From Octopus sinensis (lineage: Eukaryota), in the NCBI RefSeq assembly GCF_006345805.1, contig NC_042999.1, positions 15,624,001 to 15,688,000 of the forward strand: DNA of 64,000 nt. The letters run 5' to 3'. The position numbers were made by a program, and so were the translations under genes. How positions within the stretch are numbered: position 1 is the stretch's first letter; every line of letters begins with the position of its first letter. Below, piece by piece: positions 50,313-64,000 of the stretch. The notes beneath the pieces are model-generated. The model did no database searches. It was not told where the DNA came from and saw only the letters and a list, made by a program, of their open reading frames with translations.

Positions 50313-52054
50313 GGTAATCTCTATTATCTCATTATTGTGTTGCTGAATGTGAGGCCTATGGAGATATCTAAGCTCTATATAAACTAGTAACACCTATTAC
50401 AATCTTTTAAGCCACCAACGTTAAGTTTTCTGTCAGAAATATAGTACAAACACAGATTTGCAAGCAGAATATGAAGACATTGGAAAAGACGAGTACCAAA
50501 CATCTTAAACATTGAAAGTAACAAGGATGATGTTACAAAATTGTCAAGCTCTGACTATTTAGTTTTTTTATGGGCACACACATGTATTTACTGTATATGA
50601 GTCTATACATCTTTATATTTGCCAGTGTGTACCACTCTTTATTTGGTGTGTTGGTGAGTATGGTTTTCTACAGCATTTAATACTGTTATATGCTCTCATT
50701 AACATTGCAAGATTGCGTGTGTGTGTCTGTGTGTGCACATGTGGGATGAGTGTGAACCATCATCAAGCCCCATCATTAGGGTCTCCTTAGCTAGCTGAAC
50801 TTATACTACATGGTTAGTGATCTATCTCAAAAATTATTCTTGCCCAAAACAAAAACATTGCTATTACCCGACTACTGCACAATAGAACAAGCACATCACT
50901 GATCTCCAGATATAGAATATCTAACAAATCATATATATGGTATGTTCAGAAAACCCATAAATCACCAAATAATTGAATAGATTTTGATCAGCAGCAGAAC
51001 AACCATCGAAACAATTTAACAAAAGATGACTAAGTAGTTACAAACTTAAAGGACCATCATAACTCCCTTACAATATTAACAAGATTTGAGATTATAGAAA
51101 AAATTCTTATAATACAAAGTGCACAATATTTCAGTCAGAATGTAACAAAATATAAATGTTCTAAGCTTTGCATAAATGCATACAATTAAAATGTTTTTAC
51201 TAACCCACAGAAGTATCATTGGAATAGATGAATTTAATTCATTAATCTTCTATGTGCTTTATGACACTAATAAGTCGACAAATATCTCAGAATAAAAATA
51301 AACAATTGATGAATTGTAAAAGCGAACTGGAAAATGTTTTCATATTGAAGAATGAAGAGCCATTCTACTACACTTTATATACTGAAGGAAATATATTCAA
51401 TTCATTTGAGAAGATATTATTTTCTATCATTAATTTAGAAACGTGAGAATTCTAAAGACAGAATATTATCTTGATATGTCTGTATGTGAACATTTGTGAT
51501 AACTAGCAACTTACTGATGATCAGAGCAACTATCTAATGTGTACATTTTTACTCCAGATTATAAATAGGTAAAGAAGATGGACAGCATTGTTGCCATATA
51601 TGTTTAAATAGGTCTAAAAGAGAGCAAGCCTATTAATATTGGAATCTGTGTGTATTATTTGATATTATCTTTCACCTTACAATAGACCTCATATATCTCA
51701 AGCTCAGTCTTAAATTGTTATATTGCTAGTACTTAAAATCTGAAAAGTAACACTCTGTCGAAATGGTACTATTATAAATTAGTCCATTCATTTCATTATT
51801 ACTATAATTAATACAATTTATGTCATTCAAAATATTTCTCAACTGCAAATATTTTGCAGAAAATATATTATAGTATTTTGGGTGACATGTCACATTTTAA
51901 GCTTCCAGGCAAAGAGCAACTAAGTATAATTAAGAAACTGTTGAATGGTAAAAACGAAAGAAATTGTTCTGATGAATGGGAATACTGATCATTTGCAAGA
52001 AAACTGTTTATGGTAATCAGAAATCTCTTATCTATGAAACGAATATTTCTTATT

Positions 52055-52462
52055 TCATCATCATCATCGTTTAATGCCCGCTTTCCATGCTAGCATGGGT
52101 TGGACGATATGACTGAGGACTAGCGAACCAGATGGCTGCACCAGGCTCCAATCTTGATTTGGTAGAGTTTCTACAGCTGGATGCCCTTCCTGATGCCAAC
52201 CACTCCGAGAGTGTAATGGGTGCTTTTTTTGTGCCACCGGCACGGGGACCAGTCAGGCGGCACTGGCAGTGACCTCGCTCGAATCTTTTTACACATGCCA
52301 CCGGCACAGGTGCCAGTAAGGCGACGTTGGTAATGATCACACTTGAATGGTACCCTTTTATGTGCCACCAGCATGGAAGCCAGTTGGCTGCTCTGGCAAT
52401 GATTATGCTTGGATGGTACTCTTGGGATCCTACTAGCACAGGCACAAGTGCCAGTAAGGCGA
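52055..52462 (-). mobile_element. RTE LINE 3' UTR fragment (family C)
   Basis: Match to 26700-27123. Confidence 0.9.
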
Positions 52463-54612
52463 TGATGATGATGAAAAAGAAATGTCTGTTAGATAATTTG
52501 TTCATTTCAAATAAGGTTTTCTAATCTTGTCATTATTGCAACTTTAACAGCTGTCGGCTTTACTTTAAAACACTAAAATACATCTAATTAGCTGTTAGTT
52601 TCAAGCTTATACTTTGTCAAATTACCATAAGGGTCAATTAAGAACACTTTATTACATACTCTAATTTTGAATTCATCCATTATACTTTTAACAAGTTAAC
52701 TTGAAATATATATATCTTGTACTCAGACAAATCATCATGGAATTCATATTAGGTAAAGATTTTTTGGTGTGTAAAATATATGAGAATAGCTAAGCACCAT
52801 ACGTTGAGAAAGCAATTGGCCATGAATGACAATAACTGATATATGCATTGTGATTTAGCAATAGAAGATATAAGAAGCAGGTGGACAAAGAAAAACCTGG
52901 ATAGCAGTTTAGAGAATGTTGTGATTTAAAGATGGAATGACACATGCTGAGGTAGTAATATGTTGCCAATTTATTCAATCCAAAGCGGCACAGAAAATCA
53001 TATGCTAAAAGCGTCATGATATGAATCATAATCATGTAAACCTTTGAGAGTTTGAAATCAGAAATGAATTATAATTATTGTAAATTCTTAATAGAGTTAA
53101 CACAAAATCTTATAGATTGTCTCAAGAATTCTTTATTTTTACATTTCACACACTGCTTTCTTAATAATTTTTATATTCATTTAAAAGTGTGAGTAACATA
53201 TTTTTATTATGATTATATAGATAAGAAGATAGCCATATATATTACAATAACAAAAGAAAATGACACAGCGTCTTCTATAAAGCACAGAAAAAGAAATGGA
53301 GATGGAGAGATATATGGAGAGAGAAAGAGAGAGAGAGAGAGATTTTGTTTTGCATCTGAAATAAAAGATAAGTAGTTCCATAATCTCAGCACCAATTAAA
53401 CAAGATCTACCAAACAAGCCATTATTAAGCGAACAACAAGAAAATATAGCTTGGTGAAAAATAAAAATGCAAGACGGATGAGGATGAATAAGAACCAATG
53501 AGGAGAAGCATGGCAGTGATGACATGACAACAATTATGATAATGGTGATGATAATGAAAATAATTTTAATTTTATTCATGCTATTAAGAGATCTTTAAGA
53601 AGTAATATTGAATTAAGAATGTTTTGACACATTTTAGTTATTTTGCTTCTTATCATTAATTTTTTACACAATGAAATTTAGATATGGGCAACAAGATGGA
53701 TGGCATTTTAAAATTTTTTATGACATAAGATTAAAAATTGATTCATATTAAATTTGATGAATAATTGATATTAGAAATTAAATCAGGAAACAGGTTTCTG
53801 GCACTAAAATAAAGTGACAGAAATAATTTTAAATTGCAATCAAATTTTTAAAGAAAATTAGATATCTATTAAGTTAAATTAATAACTCTGATAAGCAAAG
53901 CAGTATATATGAAAATACTGAAAGCTGCAAAATTATTTAGATATCCAATTAAGTATTTGATCTGCTCCCTTATAAATGATACCTGCTATGGTGTTGTGCC
54001 AACAACTCTACCCCTTCTGTTATGATGAAAACTAAAACTAGACTTGCTAGACAATTCTCACTTCTTTTCTCTAACGTCCGCGTCTGCTCTGATCCAATTT
54101 AGAACCCAAACAACAGTTTTTGCTACCACACAAACCACACATTTTAAAGGATGTCTATTGTGTTTAATAACTACTTGGATTTTTCCTCACCAAGACACAA
54201 ATCTCACAACCTCTACAAGTAGTCTCGTATCTCAGCTGTCCAGGCCACACTCTTTGCTCAAACTTCAATCCAAACAATAGTGTCTGCATATGTAGATTCA
54301 ACATTCCCCAACACACACTTCTCTCACTTGCATATTAGCAATAAAGATTAGCAGTTACTTTTACTCAAAGTCACTATTCCTACAAATACAAGTGGTTTCT
54401 CCACTGCTCTTCAAACTGCACCAGTCACCAACTGCTCTTTCTGCATCAAGGATATCTATCTCACTTCACTTCCTTCTAAACTAATTGCCTACTTTGTTGT
54501 ATTTAGGAATGGTCATTTTGCCAGTTTAGCCAATAAAAACACATGCACTATATATTTGGTGTTACTTTGCTTCAGCGTTATTAATTTTTTACATTAATCT
54601 TAATCTTATTTC

Positions 54613-54657
54613 GACCAGAGTTCTTTCGTCACACTCCTGTGACCTCATCAGTGGTCC
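54613..54657 (-). ncRNA. Minimal type I hammerhead ribozyme, intact core, perfect 5-bp stem I
   Basis: GACCA-CTGATGA-G-GTCACA-GGAG-TGTGAC-GAAA-GAA-CTC-TGGTC. Confidence 0.85.
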
Positions 54658-54822
54658 TTTGCTTTCTTCTTTCTTATTTGTGTATCTCTCCTTACTAACG
54701 GTCAGCCTTTTTGTATTTTGTATTCCTATTGTATGTGTCTTTATTTGCGCATGCATATACCTCTATGTGTGTCTATGTTTAGTTAGTGTGTGTGTGTGTG
54801 GGGAAGTGCCTGTAACATTTGT

Positions 54823-55042
54823 ATCATCATCATCATCATCATCATTTAGCGTCCGCTTTCCATGCTAGCATGGGTTGGACGGTTCAACTGGGGTCTGTGA
54901 AGCCAGAAGGCTGCATCAGGCCCAGTCTGATCTGGCACAGCTTCTACGGCTGGATGCCCTTCCTAACGCCAACCACTCCGCGAGTGTAGTAGGTGCTTTT
55001 TACGTGCCACCTGCACAGGTGCCAGATGGTGCTGGCAAACGG
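54823..55042 (-). mobile_element. RTE LINE 3' UTR fragment (family C)
   Basis: Match to 17640-17836. Confidence 0.9.
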
Positions 55043-55951
55043 TGCTGTATCTCCTGTTTATATACGTCCGTGTAATTTGCTTTTGTTTTTGTTTATTTTT
55101 ATTTTGTTCATGTGTTTACACCTACTTAAGAACTCTGGCCGAAATAAGATTAAGATTAATGTAAAAAATAAATAACGCTGAAGCAAAGTAACACCAAATA
55201 TATAGTGTGTGTGTTTTTATTGGCTAAACTGGCAAAATGACCATTCCTAAGTACAACAATAATTGCCCTCAGTTATCTCAAAACTCACAACTGTTCTTCG
55301 CTCTAACAATTATACCATCCTGACACTGTTAATACAGAAACCAAATCTTTTATAATCATCAGTTCTTTACATTATTACATCAAGTAGTTTCATGTCCTAC
55401 ATGTATCCCTGAAGGACGTGCAAATACTGCAAACACCCTTAATTCCTTTCTCACCTCCAAGCCCCACTTCCACCATAGCTGTCTATACACCTATCAGGTT
55501 GTCTGGCCTTTACCTTTTAATAAATATTCAACACATACACACATCTATATATTATGCAATATCCTCTAATATCTTTTAAACCCCATGGCACTTCAAGCCA
55601 GCTGACTGGTGAGAACAATGCCAAGTATCTCTGGCAGCATTTATGTTTCATCACTGCCCTATCAGAAACAATTAGGTAGATGACTTCAACCATCCTCTTA
55701 GACATATCCTTCCACATCTCACAGCCACCAGACCCAAGTGTTTCACTGCAGTAGTTTAGGCAAAAATGGAGTCTACAGTACTTGGAGAATCTCACCCATT
55801 AATACAAACTTGACAGCTCTCACCCATAATTGTAATATCTGCAAAAAACATTGATTTAATGATGAAGAGTACTTTTGTGCATTGCACAGCCTCCATATTA
55901 TCCTGCTTCTCAAACGGAGTCAATCTTTTTTTAACTTTTACTAAAAAACAA

Positions 55952-56346
55952 TTCTCTTTTACTCTTTTACTTGTTTCAAGCATTTGACTGTGGCCATGCT
56001 GGAGGACTGCCTTTAGTCGGGTAAATCGACCCCAGGACTTATTCTTTGTAAGTCTAGTACTTATTCTATCAGTCTCTTTTGTCAAACCGCTAAGTTACGG
56101 GGACGTAAACACACCAGCATCGGTTGTCAAGTGATGTTGGGGGGACAAACACCGACACACAAACACACACACATATATATATACGATGGGCTTCTTTCAG
56201 TTTCCGTCTACCAAATCCATTCACAAGGCTTTGGTCGGCCCGAGGCTATAGTAGAAGACACTTGCGCAAGGTGCCACACAGTGGGACTGAACCTGGAACC
56301 ATGTGGTTCGTAAGCAAGCTACTTACCACACAGCCACTCCTACACC
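55952..56346 (-). mobile_element. SINE family A
   Basis: Full-length match. Confidence 0.93.
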
Positions 56347-56744
56347 TGCTAGCTTTGTTGAATTTTCTTTTCTTCCACTTCTCAAACCTCATGGTTCAGT
56401 GAGCAGTACTCTTGCTAAGAAATCATTCACCTTTCCCACCCATTTTGTATTCAACTCAACACACTATGCATTCAATAAATCTCCTTCCCAAACTACCCCC
56501 CTTTCGCCTACACCAGGCTCATTCTCATGAACTCATACATACCAAATACAACAGTATCTCTTACCAATTCAAACAAAACAGCAGCAGGACTGGACTGTGG
56601 CACCTCAGAAGTAACCCCTAACCTTACCAAACTCTTTAAACTCTCTCTCTCTCTCTTTTCATAGGCATATCTCAGTCTTTGGGAAACACTCTATGGTGTG
56701 TCCTATTCCCAAGAAATGCTACTCCTTTGATCTAATCAGCTACC

Positions 56745-56962
56745 TATTTCTTTACTACCCACAAGGGGCTAAACACAGAGGGGACAAACAAGGACAAACG
56801 GATTAAGTCGATTACATCGACCCAAGTGCGTAACTGGTACTTAATTTATCGACCCTGAAAGGATGAAAGGCAAAGTTGGAATTTGAACACAGAACGTAAC
56901 GGCAGATGAAATACGGCTATGCATTTCGCCCGGTGTGCTAACGTTTCTTCCAGCTTGCCGCC
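56745..56962 (-). mobile_element. SINE family B
   Basis: 18-bp TSD TTGATCTAATCAGCTACC at 56727-56744 and 56963-56980. Confidence 0.95.
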
Positions 56963-58046
56963 TTGATCTAATCAGCTACCATCCTGTCACAGTCAGTTCT
57001 AACAGCTCAAATGTGATGGAAACTCACAAACAACCAAGTTCTCCAACATTTGGATCACTTACCCTCTTTAATGAACAGCACTATACGATTCTCTTGGATG
57101 TATTGGAGACCAACTCTTCTATATCATTCACCATAGTGAGCTCTCATTCTTGAGAAATTTGATGAATGCAGTGGTTTGTTGTCATTGATATTAGGAAAGC
57201 ATTTGACTGCATTTAGCATACAAACCTCTTGTCAAAATTATCCATTGTGGGATGAAGCATTTGGTCACTGGATCCTTGTTAGATCACATTATTGAGGGTA
57301 TACTGATGGAGCTCGCTCTGATCCACAATCTATCAACTCTGACATATCCCAGGGTTGGTTTTATTCTCCTCACTCTCTCTCCTGTACACCAATGTACTAC
57401 TTACCATCACTTTCACAAAACCCACTTATTAAGAAGATGATGTCACTCATCATTCCCCCGCTAGTCTTCTACACACAAGCATCATTCATTTACAACCTAG
57501 ATACCTCACAAAATATCTGCTCTGACTTCACTAACATCAACCTCAAAAACATCCTCCAAAATGGTCATGTCAGTATTTCTTAACACCAAAAAGACACAAT
57601 CATGGCAAATATTAATTAAACATTATCACAGTATTAATCCCACCTTGACATGAACAACAGTCAACAGGAAACTTTTTGGTCACTTCATACGCTATACTTC
57701 ACCGTCACTGATTTTTTTTCCCAGTGAATACCTCAACAATAAAAACTGCATTTCAAACACTGGTCTTCTTCATAGCCAGAAAATACTTGAGTCTTCGAGA
57801 ACAGTTAACCCTTTCAAAGCTCCAGTGAGACCTACAAAAGAGTGCTGCTCCTACATCTGGGACAGTGATGTTGCCACACACATAAAAATCTTAGGCAATA
57901 TAAAAAAAAGCCACTCAACTGATTGATATAAACTTACTCACAAACATACTCTAACCTCTTGCTCACAAATGTGTTGTTACCTTCCTCTGCCATTTGTATA
58001 GCTACACCAGTGGTTTCCACTTTTTAGAGCTGGTTGGTCTCATACC

Positions 58047-58460
58047 TATTTCTTTACTACCCACAAGGGGCTAAACACAGAGGGGACAAACAAGGACAGA
58101 CAAACAGATTAAGTCGATTACATTGACCCCAGTGTGTAACTGGTACTTATTTAATCGACCCCGAAAGGATGAAAGGCAAAGTTGATCTCGGCGGAATTTG
58201 AACTCAGAACGTAACAGCAGACGAAATACCTATTTCTTTACTACCCACAAGGGGCTAAACACAGAGGGAACAAACAAGGACAGACACACGGATTAAGTTG
58301 ATTATATCGACCCCAGTGCGTAACTGGTACTTATTTAATCGACCCCGAAAGGATGAAAGGCAAAGTCTACCTAGACGGAATTTGAACTCAGAACATAATG
58401 ACAGACAAAATACAGCTACGCATTCCACCTGGCGTGCTAACGTTTCTACCAGCTCGCCAC
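58047..58460 (-). mobile_element. Family B homodimer SINE
   Basis: One head and two bodies; 8-bp TSD CTCATACC at 58039-58046 and 58461-58468. Confidence 0.9.
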
Positions 58461-59114
58461 CTCATACCATCTCATTTCAGGCATTCCTGACTCACCCAAT
58501 TTCTCCTCCTGTCATCACCTTACAAACAACAGCAGCCATGTCATCTAGTCTTTTTTCCACAGAATTTTGACCCACAGGAATTCTCACACCTTGAACACAT
58601 TTTTTCCTGCAACCTGATCTACTCTCAACTGTTTTGGTGGAACACAAACAGCATCAATTTCACTAGTCTCAAAGAACCTGCAAAGGTCATGGGTGAACTC
58701 CCCGCCTTTCTTTAAACCAAAAGAATCAAAAGAGAAACAAAACCAAAGGAAATCAATTATGTAAAAAGTTATAAATTCTTTAGTATTGTAACAATAACAG
58801 ACTAAATACTTAATACGCGAGTCACACACAAAATTTGGCATCCTCACAAGACATTCTATACAAATGTTTACAGCTGATATAACTTCTAACAATGTTGTGA
58901 TAATTATATTAAAAAGAGTTAGAAATATAGATTTCACCACTATTAACAAATCATTTGAAATGCCTCAATAGCTGTAATTTCACTTATATAATAGAAAATC
59001 AGTTTCAATAAAATAAAAGATTGATGGAGGATTTTAATCTATTGAAAATAAAGCTTATTTCCTCATCAACATTAATTTCTTGCTGTTGCCTTAACTTTTT
59101 TAATCTAAAAGTTA

Positions 59115-59381
59115 GTTAGTTAGTTAATTTTTTGGCTCAAAAAGCAAAAAGCAAGGCCATGTAGGGGGACATGGAGTCATGTACAGGGTGGTGTTCATGT
59201 AAAGAGTTCAGGCCACTTGTGGTCAAGGGAGACTTTGAACCGAGCGGTCGTCGGCATCTTCACTATCTCGTCCGGCAGCTTATTCCATGGATCCGCAACC
59301 CGGACGGAGAAAGCTCCTCTCCTTCGATTGAGATGAAATCGTCGCAGATAGAGCTTTTCGGAGTGACCCCGCAGCCGACAC
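59115..59381 (-). mobile_element. CR1 LINE 3' end, young-looking
   Basis: LRGHSEKL...RRGAFSVRVADPWNKLPDEIV...FKVSLD; (CTAA)n tail; flanking repeat AAAAGTTA at 59107-59114 and 59382-59389. Confidence 0.9.
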
Positions 59382-59521
59382 AAAAGTTAAATCTGCTTCA
59401 TTTTCAGAAATGTTCAGAATACAAGCTGTGGTGTGAAAATTTAACATGACAAATAACAGTAGTAAATACTGCATTTGTTGGCATATAAGACACTTCTTCC
59501 CTTAAAATGTGTCACCAAAAA

Positions 59522-59846
59522 GGAGCACTCCGTTGGTTACGACGACGAGGGTCCCAGCTGATACGATCAACGGAACAGCTTGCTCGTGGAATTAACGTGC
59601 AAGTGGTTGAGCACTTCACACATATGTGTACCCTTAACGTAGTTCTCAGGGAGATTCAGTGTGACACAGAGAGTGACAAGGCCTGCCCTTTGAAGTACAG
59701 GTACAACTCATTTTTGCCAGCTGAGTGGACTGGAGAAACGTGAAATAAAGTGTCTTGCTCAAGGACACAACGCATCGCCGGGAATCGAACTCACGACCTT
59801 ATAATCGTCAGCCGAATGCCCTAACCACTAAGCCATCCGCCTTCAG
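59522..59846 (-). mobile_element. SINE family E (tRNA head, CORE-like body, distinct tail)
   Basis: TGGCTTAGTGG and GTTCGATTCCC boxes; 14-bp TSD TGTGTCACCAAAAA at 59508-59521 and 59847-59860. Confidence 0.92.
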
Positions 59847-60169
59847 TGTGTCACCAAAAATCACCCCAGGATCTAGAGCAAACAGGTTGCATTACAAATG
59901 ATTGCACAACCCAGTGCTCAATAATCAGTCTCTCACATATATGTGTTGGTAGAGATGAAATAACAGTTGGATAAGGTAATGAATTAACAAATTTGAGTTT
60001 TGAGCTCAAATTTCCAGCTGCAGTTTTATTGTAACACTTAAGTTGGGAAATTAAGTTTTTGTCTCAGTTCACCAAACTGTTGCCTACTTAATTATATAGC
60101 ATCACTTGAATCAAAAGATTCTTGAAAGACCTTTCCATTGCCATATACATTGGCAATATTTTCTTTGAT

Positions 60170-60532
60170 GCGTAGGTGTGGTAAGTGGTAAGTAGCTTGC
60201 TTACCAACCACATGGTTCTGCGTTCAGACCCACTGCCGACCAAAGCCTTGTGAGTGGATTTGGTAGACGGAAACTAAAAGAAGTCCATCGTATATATGTA
60301 TATGTATGTGTGTGTATATGTTTGTGTGTCTGTGTTTGTCCCCCCCAACATCACTTGACAACCAATGCTGGTGTGTTATGTCCCCGTAACTTAATGGTTC
60401 AGCAAAAGAGACCGATAGAATAAGTACTAGGCTTACAAAGAATAAGTCCTGGGGTCGATTTGCTCAACTAAAGGCAGTGCTCCAGCATGGCCGCAGTCAA
60501 ATGACTGAAACAAGTAAAAGAATAAAAGAGTA
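60170..60532 (+). mobile_element. SINE family A with internal deletion
   Basis: Match lacking the TTGGGCAAG segment. Confidence 0.92.
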
Positions 60533-62252
60533 ACTCTAGCATGCATCAAGATTCACTTCCATTTTCTACAATCTTTTCTATATACAGTAAGGACCTTCTT
60601 GTAATCAAATTTAACACCTTACTTTAGATGAAAACATCCTTCACTCTTTCTTAACTTTCAACATCTAGAACTAAGATATGTTATGTTAAATCTGCCCTGC
60701 TTCTATGAAAGTGTATTGTAAACTGCCTTCAATAAGGACATGATACTTGAGTATCCTTCAACTGCAACAAAATACAATCACAATACAATAAGTACTAAGT
60801 TTTCTCCACACGAAAGTACTTACAATGATGGTTCTTGAAACACTAGAATCCCACTCCACCCCATAATCCTAAACGATGTCATTTGCTGACCTCACATATA
60901 TAACATTATGAAAGCTGCATTCTTGTATTAGATTTCTGGACCAGAAGTAATTACAACTGTTGACCCTTATAAAACTCAAGTATAATACGCACTAGATTAG
61001 GGCTCACATATTTAAGATGGAATTGCTGATTTAAACAAATCTTCCCAGATCAATTCTGAAAAAAAAAGCTGGTTACCAAAGATACACACACAAATATGTC
61101 ACAATCACAAGCTCACAGACACACCGCTGATGCTGTCTACCTGTTCTACTAATTTACATCTGCCTCTATACCTCTGAAATAGGTACCTGCATGCCAAGTA
61201 CCTTGCACAGTGCTCCACTCAAGCCTACAAAACACACTTATCACAGCCAGTTGCTCAAACATAGAGGATGTAAACCTCTCTGTTGTCTTTTCTTTTTTTC
61301 CCTCTTGTCATTTTGACCCCGAGGAAGGACTATCAGTAAGGTTGGATATTGAAATCCCCACTCTTTCTATCACTTCTATATAACACTAGTCCTCACAGTC
61401 TCTCCTTTAATCACTCAAATGTGTTTTTTCCCACTCCCAAATACCACACGTAACACTTTTACAAAATAATTTTCTTTCCAAATCCGTACCTTTCTGAAAT
61501 TCCGAAGATGGTAATCACTAGTAAAAATCTCCCATTGATAAAGATACCTGAATAACAAACATAAATTAACTGACTAATTGTCACATTTTAACAAGACAAG
61601 TAAAATATTTCCCTAGATTCAATTGTGAATACATATGGGTCATTCAATTCTAAGTAAATGGTGGAGAAAAAAGTCTATCATTTATTGCTTTTGTTTATTT
61701 TGAGAGTAAACAAGTCTGGTATTTTGATCACATTGCCTCATGAGAAATAATATAATGTCTACTTAGTAAAAAAAACATGAAAGTTAGACATTTCTGTACA
61801 AAACCAAAGAGAGATAAAAGAAAACAGGCCAATTTTACATGTGTGTGTGTGTGTGTGTGTTTATATATAAAATATCAGCATTGATATTATCAGACACACA
61901 AGGTTCAGTTCTGTTGATATGCAAAGTGAAAACAAAATTTAAATTAGTCTAAAGCAACATATTAATTATACAGTTAAACTTGTCGCAATCAATAAGAATA
62001 TATTTAATCTAGTATAATGAATAAGTGTGAGGAAATTAATACTGATTCAGAAATAAATTCAAATCATCTTATATTAGCTTAACAAGTGATCACTTTAAGA
62101 CAGTAATTAGAGTGATAGAATTACAAGTAACGACCTCTGTGTCAATGTTTTTGGGGTTCAAATCAAGCAGAAGATATGAATGACAGCTAAAATTTTCAAA
62201 GAAAAATCATGAGACACTTAGAGAGATAAAAAATGGATCTTGATGAGAACCT

Positions 62253-62484
62253 ATTTCTTTACTACCCACAAGGGGCTACACACAGAGGGGACAAACAAAG
62301 ACAGACAAATGGATTAAGTCGATTATATCGACCCCAGTGTGTAACTGGTACTTATTTAATCAACCCCGAAAGGATGAAAGGCAAAGTCGACCTCGGTGGA
62401 ATTTGAACTCAGAACATAGCAGCAGACGAAATACCGCTAAGCATTTCACCCGGCGTGCCAACGTTTCTGCCGTCTCGCCGCCTT
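62253..62484 (-). mobile_element. SINE family B
   Basis: 17-bp TSD GATCTTGATGAGAACCT at 62236-62252 and 62488-62504. Confidence 0.95.
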
Positions 62485-64000
62485 CATGATCTTGATGAGA
62501 ACCTCCAGCAACCGATATTCAGCTGTTCAGTCAAATAGGTCACCAGGCTCACTGAATTAACATGTATATGGCTAAGTATTCCTCAGTCAGGTGTACACTT
62601 GAATGTAATTCTTGGATAGAATGACATTTGCCTAAGACAGCACACAGCAGAATCGAAACTGTAACCTCATGATAGTAAAGTAAACGTCTTAACTATTCGT
62701 CCATACTGCAACAACTACTATTATTAGACACAATAAGAACCTTTTGAGAGAGAAAAGAAAAAAAATACTCCAGTTGAAAGGATTCAGACAGCATATCTAT
62801 CTTGGAGACTAAGTAACCATTTACACCCAAGTCTCTTCATCGCAAATAACAAACTTGAATTTATTTTTCTGCTATTTTGTTTATTATTTCTTCCTTTTTT
62901 TTTTGTTTTAACTGGGCTATGTTTTATCTCTACAAGACAATTATATAGTTACTTAGCATATTAGAACAAGTTACACTCCATATATAAATATCATATATTA
63001 TATATATTACTGTCGGGAAACTAAGTTGCTGCAGTATGATTTAATGGTTATGGTGAAAAATAGCCTCAAGAATCTGGAGGCTTCATATAATAGAACACTG
63101 AAATTCAACAGCTAGCAAAATAAAGTGTGCAAGTGTGTGTGTGTGTGTGTGTATGTGTGTGTGTGTCCCGTCCTACTTGTAGAATCTTTTATTCATATTT
63201 GCAAGCGTCTCTAATAAGAATAGCAAACACTAATTAGCGATAAAAATATAATAAATAAATAATTCTGCATGTAAGAAAATGCTGAGTCAATAACCAAATA
63301 AATTCATTGATTAATAAATAAGCAAAAAGGAAAAAAAGACAAGCAAATGTAAGCCAAAGAGAAAATAAAGCCAGACAAAAGTATCAAATATTGCGAGTTT
63401 AACTAAATAGAAATTTCAAGTGAAATTGAAAATAAATTTTTGAGGCAAAATGTACATCATCTAATGATCTTGCTTATAAATAAAGCATATATTTGATCAT
63501 TCATTAGAAAGTTTCCTCTTCTTAGAGGTAACTCCGACAAAATGGAAACTGGCAGAAACACATATAGAAAAGAGTAAATTTTAATGTATTCAAAGAAGTT
63601 TTCTTTCAAGCTACAATTCTAAAACTGATAAAAGTAATGAAGTTACTAAGATATGGTAAGATAATAGCTGATAGCAGTTTTGAGATGAATTGATTTTTGC
63701 TACTTAAATTGACTGAATTTCACAGGTTGAAAAGAAAGACTTGTTTAGTTATAAAAATGTTATATTAACTTTAGTATGACCACTTTAATATTTGGTGCTA
63801 TTTGGTAAATTATTTGTGCACTTATGGAGAACAGTAAATGAACTTCAGAACTATAACCAAATAACAAATAAATTCTAAAAATTTTGAAATACATTTGAAG
63901 TAAAATAAATTAGAAATACATCTAAAATGAAGATCTATAGATTTCAAATCTGACAATTTTGCTCAAACTTTAATCATTTTCAATTGTAGGTTTTGGTTTG

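Larger units (their letters stand above)
54494..55259. mobile_element. Second Penelope-like inverted-repeat cassette (same family as 23506-24087)
   Basis: Same outer termini TTGTTGTATTTAGGAAT and CCTAAGTACAACAA; right arm 55128-55259; an RTE tail is inserted in the middle. Confidence 0.8.
54040..58690 (+). mobile_element. Highly decayed CR1/Jockey-type LINE ORF2 spanning several younger insertions
   Basis: RT relics VIDIRKAFDCI*HTNLLSKL (~57180), INSDISQG, FKAPVRPTKECCSYIW and PLAHK...LYSY..G...ELVGLIP; the upstream endonuclease/linker assignment is weaker. Confidence 0.6.

Noticed and set aside
55796-55838. Candidate minus-strand exon ITIMGESCQVCING
   Set aside because: Lies within the decayed plus-strand LINE, whose linker region explains the sequence better.
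60540-61560. Possible Penelope-like RT relic
   Set aside because: Composition and faint motifs are suggestive, but I could not read a convincing catalytic motif; needs TBLASTN.
62801-62843. Possible minus-strand hammerhead (GAGACT/AGTCTC stem)
   Set aside because: Both core boxes are mutated (GCGATGA, CAAG); too degenerate to call.

Overview
AT-rich, microsatellite-rich animal genomic DNA, almost certainly octopus: a tRNA-Lys-headed SINE and several tRNA-like SINE families resemble the described octopus OK/OR SINEs. Nearly all ORFs in the supplied track are by-products of repeats. The window is a dense layer of decayed mobile DNA: mariner and DD37D (maT) transposase relics, piggyBac-like and 8-bp-TSD MITEs, three Helitrons (one with a PIF1-helicase C-terminal relic), a fragmented Ty3/gypsy pol, R4/Dong, CR1-like and RTE LINE fragments, dozens of SINEs, and Penelope-like terminal repeats carrying minimal hammerhead ribozymes. 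A few minus-strand segments with canonical splice signals and open frames (best at 19036-19176 and 47088-47202) suggest the window is mostly intronic in an unidentified gene. Most notable are two head-to-head inverted-repeat cassettes with identical outer ends and hammerhead cores, a 3' hairpin shared between a LINE and two SINE families, SINE dimers, and a templated 83-bp insertion. All calls were made by eye and were not checked against databases; boundaries of old elements are approximate.
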